The position numbers and the translations under genes were made by a program. Positions 10,841 through 20,124 of a stretch of DNA of 64,000 bases are shown here, piece after piece (position 1 is the stretch's first letter; every line of letters begins with the position of its first letter). Origin of the DNA: an uncultured cyanobacterium. Lineage in GTDB: Bacteria; Cyanobacteriota; Cyanobacteriia; Pseudanabaenales; Pseudanabaenaceae. Below the pieces are notes generated by a model, which made no database searches, was not told the origin of the DNA, and saw nothing but the letters and a program-made list of their open reading frames with translations. The stretch covers positions 3,712,001-3,776,000 of the forward strand of contig OY969811.1 in assembly GCA_963703315.1 (NCBI GenBank). Direction: 5' to 3'.

Positions 10841-11780
10841 CATCATCTAAGTTAATTGCTTGGCGAGGAGCGGCGATCGCTAAGTTAATCGCTTGTTCTG
10901 GCTCGCAAACTTGCCATTTAACTAGGTTATTCACCGTATTGAGTAATGGAACTGTTGTACCTGAAAGCGTACCATCGGGTAGTCTAGCTGTGCCATCGGT
11001 GACCGTAATCGGGCGATCGTCCCAAGGATAAATGCCATCGGGTAAACCTAGTGGTGCAAGAGCATCACTAACGAGAAATATTTTGTTGGTCATCCGATAG
11101 AGCAGTTTCACCATTTGCGGCGAAACATGGACTCCATCAGCTATTAATCCACACCAGACGCGATCGCTTAATATTGCTTCGCCTAACAAACCCACATCGC
11201 GATGATGCAAACTCGGCATGGCATTAAAGGCATGAGTGACCATCGTTGCCCCTTGTGAGATCGCCATTCTCGTTTGTTCAGCATTAGCCGTGGAGTGACC
11301 AAGACTGACGATAATCTGGCGATCGCATAGATATTTAATAGTTACACCTGATGGATCGAGTTCAGGGGCAAGGGTGATCACTTTAATGATTTCGGTGTAG
11401 TCGCCTAATAATTGTTGAAGTGTATCGAGATTAAGCGGTAATAAATGTTGCTGAGGATGTGCGCCCCGCTTATCGGGATGTAAGCAAGAACCTTCGAGAT
11501 GGACACCTAAAATTTTGGCTGTGAGAGGATCAGGATTTTGCTTTTGATAGGCGATCGCTTCGGCTAGAAAAAATAGCGATCGATGGAATTGTTCGATAGA
11601 AGTAGTGACAAGGGTAGGCAGAAATCCATCAATACCCTGTTGATATAAAAAACGACAAATTTCTGGTAACTTGCTGGCGCGATCGCTGGTTAAATCATTA
11701 AAAGGAACTCCCAAAGCTCCATTAATCTGTAGGTCAATTGCCCCTTGGGTAAAGCAGATAAATTTGTGTGCGCCTGTCAT
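10764..11780 (-). CDS. nagA: N-acetylglucosamine-6-phosphate deacetylase
   Basis: [17 protein letters not shown]...KRGAH, TLAPE, SLGHS, THAFNAM, IADGVH, LVSDA. Confidence 0.9.
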   Translation of the reverse strand: MTGAHKFICFTQGAIDLQINGALGVPFNDLTSDRASKLPEICRFLYQQGIDGFLPTLVTTSIEQFHRSLFFLAEAIAYQKQNPDPLTAKILGVHLEGSCLHPDKRGAHPQQHLLPLNLDTLQQLLGDYTEIIKVITLAPELDPSGVTIKYLCDRQIIVSLGHSTANAEQTRMAISQGATMVTHAFNAMPSLHHRDVGLLGEAILSDRVWCGLIADGVHVSPQMVKLLYRMTNKIFLVSDALAPLGLPDGIYPWDDRPITVTDGTARLPDGTLSGTTVPLLNTVNNLVKWQVCEPEQAINLAIAAPRQAINLDDATPQRLAWYQTKSGQLIWQHHSGEH

Positions 11781-11914
11781 GATTTCTAGCGATCGCTAAT
11801 TATTTTGATCGAATCTAGAGAGAGTAAGCCTCTTCGGGGCTTACTCTCTAGGATTGCTATAGATTGAGCTATTATGATTGGTAACATCACCCCAATTAAT
11901 CTAATTCTAATCTT

Positions 11915-12499
11915 ATGACAGTTCAATTGCTTACGCAAAACCAGAATAAGTTGGCGAATAAGTTCCTATTAACGACCCAGCAATATCATCTCATGCATGA
12001 AGCTGGTGTTTTCCAAGAGGGCGATCGCTACGAATTAATTAACGGAGAAATTACAAAAATGTCCCCAATTGGTAGAAAACACGCAGTCTGTGTGACTCGT
12101 TTACAAGAACTATTTATTAGTCGTTTATTAGGCAAAGTGCAGGTTTGGTCACAAAATCCGATTCTTCTGGATAATGGCTCAGAGCCACAGCCCGATCTCG
12201 CCATTCTCAAACGTCGTGAAGACTTCTATGCTGATAGATTGCCAACACCTGATGATATTTTGTTGATTATTGAGGTTGCTGATAGTTCCATTGATTACGA
12301 TCGCGATATCAAAGCGCCTCTATATGCGGCGGCAGGGATTCCTGAAATGTGGTTGTTTGATGTGAATAAAAAAGCGATCGAGGGATATTCGCAACCATCG
12401 GCAAATGGATATAAATTAATCAGACGTTACGATGAGAATGATACTTTATCAATGCTTGCTTTTCCTGATGTGACCTTCAATTGGAATGAACTTTTTTAA
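11915..12499 (+). CDS. Uma2-family (DUF820) endonuclease
   Basis: ELINGEI, SEPQPDLAIL, IEVADSS...DR..K..LYA.AGIPE.W. Confidence 0.92.
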   Translation: MTVQLLTQNQNKLANKFLLTTQQYHLMHEAGVFQEGDRYELINGEITKMSPIGRKHAVCVTRLQELFISRLLGKVQVWSQNPILLDNGSEPQPDLAILKRREDFYADRLPTPDDILLIIEVADSSIDYDRDIKAPLYAAAGIPEMWLFDVNKKAIEGYSQPSANGYKLIRRYDENDTLSMLAFPDVTFNWNELF

Positions 12500-12813
12500 A
12501 TAGTAGTTTTTTCGGTGTAGATGTTGATGCCAACGCGATCAATATGCTCCTTGAGCTTGGGTTCAGCGATCGCCTCATAATGCACGACATCAAAAAAGTA
12601 GGGTAATGGTTTTTCTTCATTAAGACAATCGGCAAATCGGGCTGTAATTTCGTAGGTAATGCGATCACCTTTTATCGCCAAATCCACATCAGAGCCTATT
12701 TTGTAATTCCCCTTTGCCCGCGAGCCAAACAAGATTACTTCGGCAATCTCAGGAAATTCTCGAATCGCTTCGTTGATATAAACAAAATCTCGCTCAATTA
12801 ATCCGTACTTCAT
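12496..12813 (-). CDS. Minimal nucleotidyltransferase (MNT) antitoxin
   Basis: LFGSRAKGNYKIGSDVDLA (GSx10DxD); ATGA-type overlap with the upstream HEPN gene. Confidence 0.9.
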   Translation of the reverse strand: MKYGLIERDFVYINEAIREFPEIAEVILFGSRAKGNYKIGSDVDLAIKGDRITYEITARFADCLNEEKPLPYFFDVVHYEAIAEPKLKEHIDRVGINIYTEKTTI

Positions 12814-13217
12814 AGAGTTGCTATTTTGTTCTGGAAATAGGCATACACTTCCGCCAGAAGTTGAAAATATTTATCTCTAATTTTGGCTTCGACTGCGATC
12901 GCGGTTTCTTCATTGTAAGTATGTGCAGTCAAGTTACGATCTTGAAAGGCATCGATCCAGTCATGTCCATTACTGATTAACCCTGACTGAAAAGCCTGTT
13001 TAATCGCTTCTCTAGGAGTTTTGACAATGAATCCTTCTGTTTCTTCATAGTCCTTGAGCAGTTTCCAAGCAAGTTCAAAGGTCATCTCAAAAAATTGAAT
13101 CAATCCTGCTCTTTCTAAAATGGAAAGTGGTTCTGTTTTGAGGGAGTCTTGCAATAAAAGGAATGCTCTCTCAAAGTTAGAAAATCTCTGTATCCATCGA
13201 ATATCTTCTTCTAGCAT
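12810..13217 (-). CDS. HEPN toxin (nucleotidyltransferase substrate-binding, HI0074 family)
   Basis: RWIQRFSNF, GLIQFFEMTFELAWKLLKD, RNLTAHTY (Rx4HxY). Confidence 0.9.
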   Translation of the reverse strand: MLEEDIRWIQRFSNFERAFLLLQDSLKTEPLSILERAGLIQFFEMTFELAWKLLKDYEETEGFIVKTPREAIKQAFQSGLISNGHDWIDAFQDRNLTAHTYNEETAIAVEAKIRDKYFQLLAEVYAYFQNKIATL

Positions 13218-13414
13218 AATTAACTTTGCTGTAGCTTAATCAGGGCTTGAGTTTTGGCAAGGCACACTAGATGTTCGATAAATTCATAATGCTGCCATAG
13301 ATAGTTGATTGACAATGAGTACGGTAATTAATAATCTGTTTTTTGAAATTTTCTTAACTCTTCTTGAGTACTTAAAGCAATTTGCAAAGCTTTATCAGAT
13401 AAGCAACAGCAACA

Positions 13415-14767
13415 CTATAACCTTTTCAAGACTTTACCTGATTTATCAATTAATAATTCTTCTTGCCCTAAACGTATACCTAAAAGATATCGATTATTTT
13501 TTACTTTGGCTTTACCATTCGCGAACTTTCCTGCAATATCAAATTGAGGTGTAATAGCTTCCTGTCCATTTTTATTAACATATCCCCACTTGTCATTAAT
13601 TCTCACAGCAACCATATCATCACTAAATTCAGCAGTATGGGTAACCTGATAAGTATCAACCTCAGAATATCTTGGCTTAATCATCCATTTCCCACTCTTG
13701 TCAATGGTTCCCCACAATCCTTTGCTTTTTGCAAAATAGAATTTTCTATTATCCATAGAATCTGAATCACCTCCCTCAATCACATCAAACAGAAAGTTTC
13801 CATTATTGTCAATAAATGCTAGCCAAGAACAACTTAGCGATTTATATTTCTCACTCTCAAGGCAGTATTCAATCTGGGCTATTCTACTATTAAATTTACC
13901 AGCTTTGTGAACCCTGAGAATTTTTTCTTGCTGCCAATCAAATAACCCACTTACTTGGCGATCTCGAAAATCTATAACAGTTTTTCCAGTTTTATCTATA
14001 TAAATCCAACTATCCTTAGGAGCGACAGATGCTAATCCCTCAGAGAATGGAGATGCCCGTAAGAATTGTGGTCGAATTACTATATTTCCTGTTTTGTCAA
14101 TATATCCATAAGTGTGGACAGGAATTTCCTTATACTCATCATAAGTGCTATAAGATATGATTGCTAAACCTTCATTGAAGTTTGTTAAAGTCCAATCCTT
14201 TCTCTCAAACTGAGTATTCAAAACTATTTGGTATGACTGATTAACATAGCAATATTTTTCGTCAACAATTGCTAGTGACAATCCTTCAGAAGACTCTTTA
14301 CTTAAAAAACTACCTTTGGGAATTTGAGCGACGATTCCATAGTTCTCATTGAGGATCACTAAATTTCCTTTAATTGTTGTGCGTAAAAGTCCATCACGAA
14401 ATTTTTCTGGTTCACCGATAAACTGTGGGGTAATAACAATATTACCATTCTTATCAATACATCCCCATTGCTCTTTCCCCCATTGTTGTTGAGACAGCTC
14501 TGCTAAAAGTTTTACTAGCGCAATTCCTTTTTTAAAGTCACGGGATTCATAGATCTCAAAATTAGTCCTAATGGCTATATTACCTAATGCATCAATATAG
14601 ACCCATTTATTATTCAGTTTAGCTGCTGCCAGTCCCTCTGAGAATCTACGAACTTCATCAAACAATGGCTGAATAACAAGCCGACCATTCTGATCTTCAT
14701 AGCCCCACTTACTACCAAGTTTTGTAGGCTTTAAATTAGGTTGGTTAGACATTGGAAGACCTAACAT
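13415..14767 (-). CDS. WG-repeat (KWG) protein
   Basis: Repeated F(S/N)EGLA...KWG(Y/C)IDKxGxxVI.PQF units. Confidence 0.88.
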   Translation of the reverse strand: MLGLPMSNQPNLKPTKLGSKWGYEDQNGRLVIQPLFDEVRRFSEGLAAAKLNNKWVYIDALGNIAIRTNFEIYESRDFKKGIALVKLLAELSQQQWGKEQWGCIDKNGNIVITPQFIGEPEKFRDGLLRTTIKGNLVILNENYGIVAQIPKGSFLSKESSEGLSLAIVDEKYCYVNQSYQIVLNTQFERKDWTLTNFNEGLAIISYSTYDEYKEIPVHTYGYIDKTGNIVIRPQFLRASPFSEGLASVAPKDSWIYIDKTGKTVIDFRDRQVSGLFDWQQEKILRVHKAGKFNSRIAQIEYCLESEKYKSLSCSWLAFIDNNGNFLFDVIEGGDSDSMDNRKFYFAKSKGLWGTIDKSGKWMIKPRYSEVDTYQVTHTAEFSDDMVAVRINDKWGYVNKNGQEAITPQFDIAGKFANGKAKVKNNRYLLGIRLGQEELLIDKSGKVLKRL

Positions 14768-14918
14768 TTGTGACCTCGATAGTTTACCTAAATCTAATAT
14801 GGTTGAGTTTGCGCTTGAGTAATTGCTTCTAGTTTAGCTTGTTTACACATTAACCAAACTCCTTTGTTCTTCAGAATATTCAGGGTGATCGCCTAAATTA
14901 CCCTGACCCTCAGCAAAA

Positions 14919-15137
14919 CTATGCAGCAACTTTGAGAACATTTGTAGATGATTTGACAAGGATTAAATCTTTAAGATCGACCTTACGACTAGCATTATCA
15001 ATATCAAATCCCACCAAATTTCCACTAGAATCATAATCTGCAACTACACCTTCAGAAATTTCAGAACTTTCTGCGCTAGGTTTATCTGATAAATGTATAT
15101 ACAAGGAATCAGTTTCAGGGTAGTAGCTTATCTTCAT
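14919..15137 (-). CDS. DUF2283-family putative antitoxin
   Basis: MKISYYPETDSLYI.L...S.EISEGVVADYD..GNLVG.DI. Confidence 0.88.
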   Translation of the reverse strand: MKISYYPETDSLYIHLSDKPSAESSEISEGVVADYDSSGNLVGFDIDNASRKVDLKDLILVKSSTNVLKVAA

Positions 15138-15376
15138 GGTTTAAATCCTCGATCTGGGAAAGCATTATGGATTGTTACTTTATCTTCTAGCGTAATTACA
15201 CGCAAAATCCGATTGTTTATCTCCTCAATAGCTCCAAAAAATCGAAATCTATTGTTTTCTTGTTCTTCAACCCGTATCGGATTCTCAATTACACGAATAC
15301 ACCACTCCTTTTGTAAGTACGGTCGTTTTTTAAAAACCTCGTTCTAAAAATAATCAGTAAATTTATATTCACCCAT
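15134..15376 (-). pseudogene. Putative toxin partner of DUF2283, broken by an in-frame TAG
   Basis: Hand translation MGEYKFTDYF*NEVFKKRPYLQKEWCIRVIENPIRVEEQENNRFRFFGAIEEINNRILRVITLEDKVTIHNAFPDRGFKP*; TAG at 15346-15344; ATGA overlap with DUF2283. Confidence 0.8.
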
Positions 15377-15454
15377 TGTTACATTCGCGTTGGAGTTAGA
15401 GTATTCATAAGCAAATATGAAAAAGATACTCATCATATTTTAGCCGCAAGATTA

Positions 15455-15497
15455 GGCGATCGCGCTTTTGGTTAGCTGATTTTATGGGAAAGGCGAT
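15455..15497 (+). repeat. 43-bp direct repeat, copy 1
   Basis: GGCGATCGCGCTTTTGGTTAGCTGATTTTATGGGAAAGGCGAT, identical at 16208-16250. Confidence 0.95.
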
Positions 15498-15558
15498 TCA
15501 TGACTTTTGACGATGCCTTATACTGAATAAATCAACTTGCACTTAGTCCATTACTTTT

Positions 15559-15768
15559 ATGCCTGAAGTTGTAGAAATCCCCATCGAACTAACCAAATTT
15601 CAGCTTCCAGAAGCGGTTCATGCAAGGCTTCAGTTTTTACTCGATTGCCAAGATTCAGGACATACGCTATCACAGAACGAAACACAAGAAGCTCAAGGAC
15701 TCATCGATTTAGCAGAATTTCTGTCCTTGCTTTTTTTGCGATCGCAACGAGTGCAAAAGTTTAGTTAA
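15559..15768 (+). CDS. Small putative antitoxin partner of the HNH nuclease
   Basis: FQLPEAVHARLQFLLD...L...E..EA..L pattern; abuts the HNH start. Confidence 0.75.
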   Translation: MPEVVEIPIELTKFQLPEAVHARLQFLLDCQDSGHTLSQNETQEAQGLIDLAEFLSLLFLRSQRVQKFS

Positions 15769-16182
15769 ATGTCATCAATTCCCGCGTCCCTCCGCAGATT
15801 AGTCATCCAGAGATCTAGCGATCGCTGTGAATATTGCTGCATCTCACAAATAGGTCAAGTAGCCACCTTTTATATTGACCATGTTATCCCCGTCGTTGCT
15901 GGCGGTGAAACAACTCCTGACAATTTAGCCCTTGCCTGCGTATCCTGTTCACTCAGAAAAGGCGCACGTCAAGAAATTGAAGACGTAGAAACAGGTGCAA
16001 CTGTGAATATTTTCAATCCCCGCCAACAGTCATGGAACAAGCATTTCCATTGGGAAGGTGTAAAAGTTGTTGGATTAACACCTACAGGAAGGGCAACTAT
16101 CAAAGCCTTAGACTTAAATAGAGCAACAATGTTAGCAATTCGCACTGAAGAAGAGTTATTAGGTCGCCATCCTCCGAGCTAA
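15769..16182 (+). CDS. HNH endonuclease (putative toxin)
   Basis: RCEYC, IDHVIP..AGG....NLALAC..C, FNPRQQSW..HF.W, GLTPTGRATI. Confidence 0.92.
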   Translation: MSSIPASLRRLVIQRSSDRCEYCCISQIGQVATFYIDHVIPVVAGGETTPDNLALACVSCSLRKGARQEIEDVETGATVNIFNPRQQSWNKHFHWEGVKVVGLTPTGRATIKALDLNRATMLAIRTEEELLGRHPPS

Positions 16183-16207
16183 AAGTTATATTTTTAGCTC
16201 GGAGGAT

Positions 16208-16250
16208 GGCGATCGCGCTTTTGGTTAGCTGATTTTATGGGAAAGGCGAT
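16208..16250 (+). repeat. 43-bp direct repeat, copy 2
   Basis: Identical to 15455-15497. Confidence 0.95.
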
Positions 16251-16311
16251 CGTAAAAGTTAAGTGGGCTAATATTAAAGTGTATGTACAGAGTTTAGATC
16301 CTTTAACAAAG

Positions 16312-16524
16312 ATGAAAACCTATAGCTTTGACAAAATCCTTGAATCCGTTGAAGAAATGTCTGATGAGGAACAACTTACCTTAGTTGAACTGATCGCCCA
16401 TCGCATCAGCGAAAGACGGAGAGATGCAATTGCTCTTAATATCATGCGTGCAAACGAAGACTACTCTCAGGGGAAAGTGTTTCGAGGCTCCGTAGCTGAT
16501 ATTATGGCGGAACTAGAGAGATGA
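16312..16524 (+). CDS. Putative type II antitoxin
   Basis: MKTYSFDKILESVEEMSDEEQLTLVELI; ATGA overlap with the RelE-like toxin; the ORF-track ATG at 16237 lies inside the 43-bp repeat, so 16312 is preferred. Confidence 0.75.
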   Translation: MKTYSFDKILESVEEMSDEEQLTLVELIAHRISERRRDAIALNIMRANEDYSQGKVFRGSVADIMAELER

Positions 16525-16805
16525 GATCTCTTGTATCAACTTCTTCATTCAAGCGAGCCTTTAAAGCCTTAATTCGCCGCAATCCCGAAATGAAAAGCCA
16601 AATAGCTCAACGATTAGAAATGTTAGCAGTTGACCCATTTCAGCCTGCTCTGAAAACCCACAAATTGAAAGGTAAGCTATCTGGCGCGTGGGCTTGCACT
16701 GTAGAATATGACTGTCGAATAGTCTTCAATTTTAAGAAAAATCCAGATTCAGACTTAGAAGAAATTCTTCTTATTGATATTGGTAGTCACGATGAAGTTT
16801 ATTGA
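16521..16805 (+). CDS. RelE/YafQ-family toxin
   Basis: SSFKRAFK, LKTHKLKGKL, YDCRIVF, IDIGSHDEVY. Confidence 0.9.
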   Translation: MRSLVSTSSFKRAFKALIRRNPEMKSQIAQRLEMLAVDPFQPALKTHKLKGKLSGAWACTVEYDCRIVFNFKKNPDSDLEEILLIDIGSHDEVY

Positions 16806-16896
16806 TTCTAAAAGTTCAATGCGATCGCCTTGAACTTTTAGAAAATTCAAAGCGATCGCCTGTTTAGAAATTTAGGTAGTCAGAATTGAACGTTAA

Positions 16897-17661
16897 TTAC
16901 ACAACTACTTGGTTAGCAACAGTGCTATCGATCGCTTCTCTAAGAGAACGAACAGTTGCAATCATCGAAACCACGTCATTCAATTGGTTAACAGCCGAAC
17001 CAACACCAACACCTGATGCTCCCGCAGCGATCGCCATTGGAGCGGTGATATTGCTCAAGCCAGATGCACACATTACAGGGATGGAAACTGCGCGGCTGAT
17101 GGCGTGGGCAGCGGCGAGGGTAGGTGATGCCTTTTCGATCGCACCGAGGACACCTGCATGGGTTGGAGCCGAGCTTGTACCACCTTCGGTTTGAATGATG
17201 TCAGCACTGATCGCTTCGAGTTTCTCGGCGAGGGTGACTTGCTCATCGAGAGGCAAGGTGTGGGGAACAGTTACCGAGATGGCGGTATGGGGCAGTAAGG
17301 CTCTGGTTTCAGCAGTGAGGGCAATGATTTCATCGGCGGTAAATATACGACCTTGAGCGTAGAAGCTGTCGTAGTTACCGATTTCGACGAGATCTGCACC
17401 ATTGGCAACGGCTTCTGCTAATTTGTGAGCCTCGACTGCGGACACACAAATGGGCAAGGAACAGTTAGCCTTAGCGATCGCAATTAACTCAGCATCAGCA
17501 GCGATGTCAACAAAAGTCGCACCACCACGCTCGGCGGCTTGCACGACCATTTTCACGGAATTGCGATCAAAGTTGTGAAGACCACTAATAATCTTGAGAG
17601 CGCTGCGACGGCTAAATGCGGTTGCTAAGGTAAGAGGTAAACGAGACATAAGCTTTGTCAT
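16897..17661 (-). CDS. ycf23: Ycf23/DUF561-family protein (start 17661 or 17649)
   Basis: ALKIISGLHNFD, GATFVDIAAD, LPICVSAV, EIGNYDSFY, IQTEGG. Confidence 0.9.
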   Translation of the reverse strand: MTKLMSRLPLTLATAFSRRSALKIISGLHNFDRNSVKMVVQAAERGGATFVDIAADAELIAIAKANCSLPICVSAVEAHKLAEAVANGADLVEIGNYDSFYAQGRIFTADEIIALTAETRALLPHTAISVTVPHTLPLDEQVTLAEKLEAISADIIQTEGGTSSAPTHAGVLGAIEKASPTLAAAHAISRAVSIPVMCASGLSNITAPMAIAAGASGVGVGSAVNQLNDVVSMIATVRSLREAIDSTVANQVVV

Positions 17662-17765
17662 CCTAATAGACTGAATATTTAGATGTAGGACTACTTTAAC
17701 GTGATTTTGCGTAAAACCCAAAGAGTGTGAGACGGCACGAAGCATCATCTCGCACTCTTTGGATT

Positions 17766-18326
17766 TTATATTTCAATACCAAAGAAATATTTCTGAATTA
17801 CCATACCTAATGTGGCATCTCCTAGAGGCAATTGACCGTTAAGCACATACTGATGATTCTGCCAAAGGGTTTGCAATTCCTGCTCTTTTAATTCCATTTC
17901 CGCAGCAGGAAGCAATTGTAAGTCCTGATCGTAGCGAATCATTTCTCTAGTACGTTCCAAATTAGACGATGAGAAGACCACTGTTTTCTCCCAATCTTCT
18001 ATCTCACCTTCTACGCACATCCAAGTTGATTGGCAACCATCAGAAAGCCAAGCTAATTTCCGCAAAATCACGCCATCTTGGGAATGTTCATAATCTAATT
18101 GATCATTGCTAGTATCGATCGCAATAAAAATCACTTCACCAAATTCTTCTGAAAGCTCTTGGGTCAAGTATCCCTCGCCCTCGAATACACCATCCATATA
18201 GCGATCGCCAAAATCGCAAACAATCCATTCCGTCTTCGGAATCCGTTCTAATTGTGAAAATCTCTCTTGTAATTGGGCGATCGGTTGCTGAGTTCTCACA
18301 AAGTAGGCATTATAAAATACGCTCAT
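17766..18326 (-). CDS. Hypothetical acidic protein
   Basis: 186-aa ORF co-oriented with its neighbours; no recognised motif. Confidence 0.7.
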   Translation of the reverse strand: MSVFYNAYFVRTQQPIAQLQERFSQLERIPKTEWIVCDFGDRYMDGVFEGEGYLTQELSEEFGEVIFIAIDTSNDQLDYEHSQDGVILRKLAWLSDGCQSTWMCVEGEIEDWEKTVVFSSSNLERTREMIRYDQDLQLLPAAEMELKEQELQTLWQNHQYVLNGQLPLGDATLGMVIQKYFFGIEI

Positions 18327-18408
18327 AGTTTATATATCCCAATCCTGACGTATTAAGCAATAATTCGGACATTAAAGGGTGGTGCTTTGCACCACCCTTT
18401 AATAATAT

Positions 18409-19995
18409 CTAGCTTGCTAAATCAAGTTCTCTTTCGGGAGCAGATTGGAGTTTTTTCAAGCGTTCTTCTTCTGCCCGATAGACAGTTAGCTGACCTTCAA
18501 TCTCTCTTCGCACGATATCGCGGTATTCCAAGAAATGTTCATTGTGAGCGCAGACAGTCAGATAATGATCCCATACCGCAGGATTGCGCTTAATCATGCT
18601 AAATAGATGATGCCAGAATTTCCAACGGGTGTTACGCTTAAAGCCTTGTCGCCATACCACGATCGCTAATGCTCTCAGATCAACTAAACTTGGTATTTTC
18701 GCAGGAGCCTCTACCCTTGGCTTACCGAGTTTGAGGAAGTAGCTGTAAATGCGATCGAGATAAGCATTGGGTTCATACAAAGCACAGAAGGCTTCGACAT
18801 ACTCATTCGCAATTTCTTCCACAGGTCTGGTCGGAATGAAATTCATCAGCGTTGTCTGATTGAGATTCCCATCTGGAGTTCGCAACCGTCCTTCTTTTTC
18901 CAGACGATGCCAAAGAGCCGTATGGGGTAAGGCTTGGAGCATCGCAAAGGTAGTAGTGGGAATGCCCGTAAGTTCGGCAAAACGCACAATGCGATCGCCT
19001 GCTCCCGACTTCTCTCCATCAAAACCAATAATGAATCCTGCCATGACTCGCAAACCAGTTCTGGTAATTGTCTCCACAGAATCTAAGAGAGAAGATCGAG
19101 TGTTCTGGAACTTCTTAGTTAGTTGCAAGCTATCTTCATCGGGTGTTTCAATACCAAGGAATACGGCTTTAAAGTTGCATTCCATCATCATATCCATCAG
19201 TTCTTGATCACCTGCCAGATCAATTGAGGCTTCAGTATCAAAAGCAAAAGGATAGTTATGTTCTTGTTGCCAAATCTTCAACTCTTGAAGCAGCAATCTC
19301 ACATTGCGCTTATTGCCAATGAAGTTGTCGTCCACCATGAAGACACCACGCCGCCAGCCCAGATTGTAGAGATATTCGAGTTCGGCTATTAGCTGAGCAG
19401 GGGTTTTCGTACGTGGTTTCCGTCCATACAATACGATAATGTCGCAGAATTCGCATTGGAAGGGACAGCCGCGTGAGAATTGCACCGACATCGAGTCGTA
19501 GGCTTCAAGCTCTAACAAGTCGTAGCGAGGCACTGGTGTACTGGTGACATCAGGTTTTTCACTAGTGCGGAAAATACCACTGGGTTCACCCTTAGCGATC
19601 GCCTCGACAAACATCGGCAAGGTAATTTCGCCCTCATCCAAAATCAGATAGTCTACACCTGCGGCAAGAGGCTCATCAGGTGTCGAAGTGGGATAGGGAC
19701 CGCCACAGGCAACTTTTTTACCCCGCCTTTTAGATTCCTTAATCAAGTCTAAAAGATCATTCTTCTGAACGATCATTGCCGAGATAATGACCATATCAGC
19801 CCATTGCCATTCTGCCTCGGTGATATCGCGCACATTGCGATCGACCAATTTAAAGTTCCATTCTTGGGGCAGAATTGCCGCAACCGTAATCAAACCTAGA
19901 GGCGGTAGTAACACTTTTCGGTTTACTAGCTCTAGGATTTTTTCGTAAGACCAAAATGTTTTTGGAAAAAGTGGGTAAACCAGTAGAACGTTCAT
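18409..19995 (-). CDS. B12-binding radical SAM protein (DUF4070 type)
   Basis: PPLGLITVAA, GGPYPT, SRGCPFQCEFCD (Cx3Cx2C), VDDNFIGN. Confidence 0.93.
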   Translation of the reverse strand: MNVLLVYPLFPKTFWSYEKILELVNRKVLLPPLGLITVAAILPQEWNFKLVDRNVRDITEAEWQWADMVIISAMIVQKNDLLDLIKESKRRGKKVACGGPYPTSTPDEPLAAGVDYLILDEGEITLPMFVEAIAKGEPSGIFRTSEKPDVTSTPVPRYDLLELEAYDSMSVQFSRGCPFQCEFCDIIVLYGRKPRTKTPAQLIAELEYLYNLGWRRGVFMVDDNFIGNKRNVRLLLQELKIWQQEHNYPFAFDTEASIDLAGDQELMDMMMECNFKAVFLGIETPDEDSLQLTKKFQNTRSSLLDSVETITRTGLRVMAGFIIGFDGEKSGAGDRIVRFAELTGIPTTTFAMLQALPHTALWHRLEKEGRLRTPDGNLNQTTLMNFIPTRPVEEIANEYVEAFCALYEPNAYLDRIYSYFLKLGKPRVEAPAKIPSLVDLRALAIVVWRQGFKRNTRWKFWHHLFSMIKRNPAVWDHYLTVCAHNEHFLEYRDIVRREIEGQLTVYRAEEERLKKLQSAPERELDLAS

Positions 19996-20028
19996 GCCTG
20001 TTTTGGGGTTAAGTGGGCGGATATTCTA

Positions 20029-20121
20029 CCCTCATCCCCCAATCCCTTTTCCCATAATAGGAGAAGGGGAGAAAGAAAATTTTCTTTCTCCCTCTCCTGC
20101 GGGAGAGGGCTGGGGTGAGGG
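20029..20121. repeat. CCCTC(A)CCCC...GGGAGAGGG double-hairpin intergenic repeat
   Basis: Outer arms CCCTCATCCCC/GGGGTGAGGG enclosing two purine/pyrimidine-tract hairpins. Confidence 0.7.
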
Positions 20122-20124
20122 CAT

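Noticed and set aside
15093..15347. 84-aa plus-strand ORF
   Set aside because: Antisense shadow of the minus-strand toxin pseudogene
18409..19995. Hopanoid C-2 methylase HpnP
   Set aside because: Same broad family, but it cannot be told from the general cyanobacterial DUF4070 paralogue without a phylogeny
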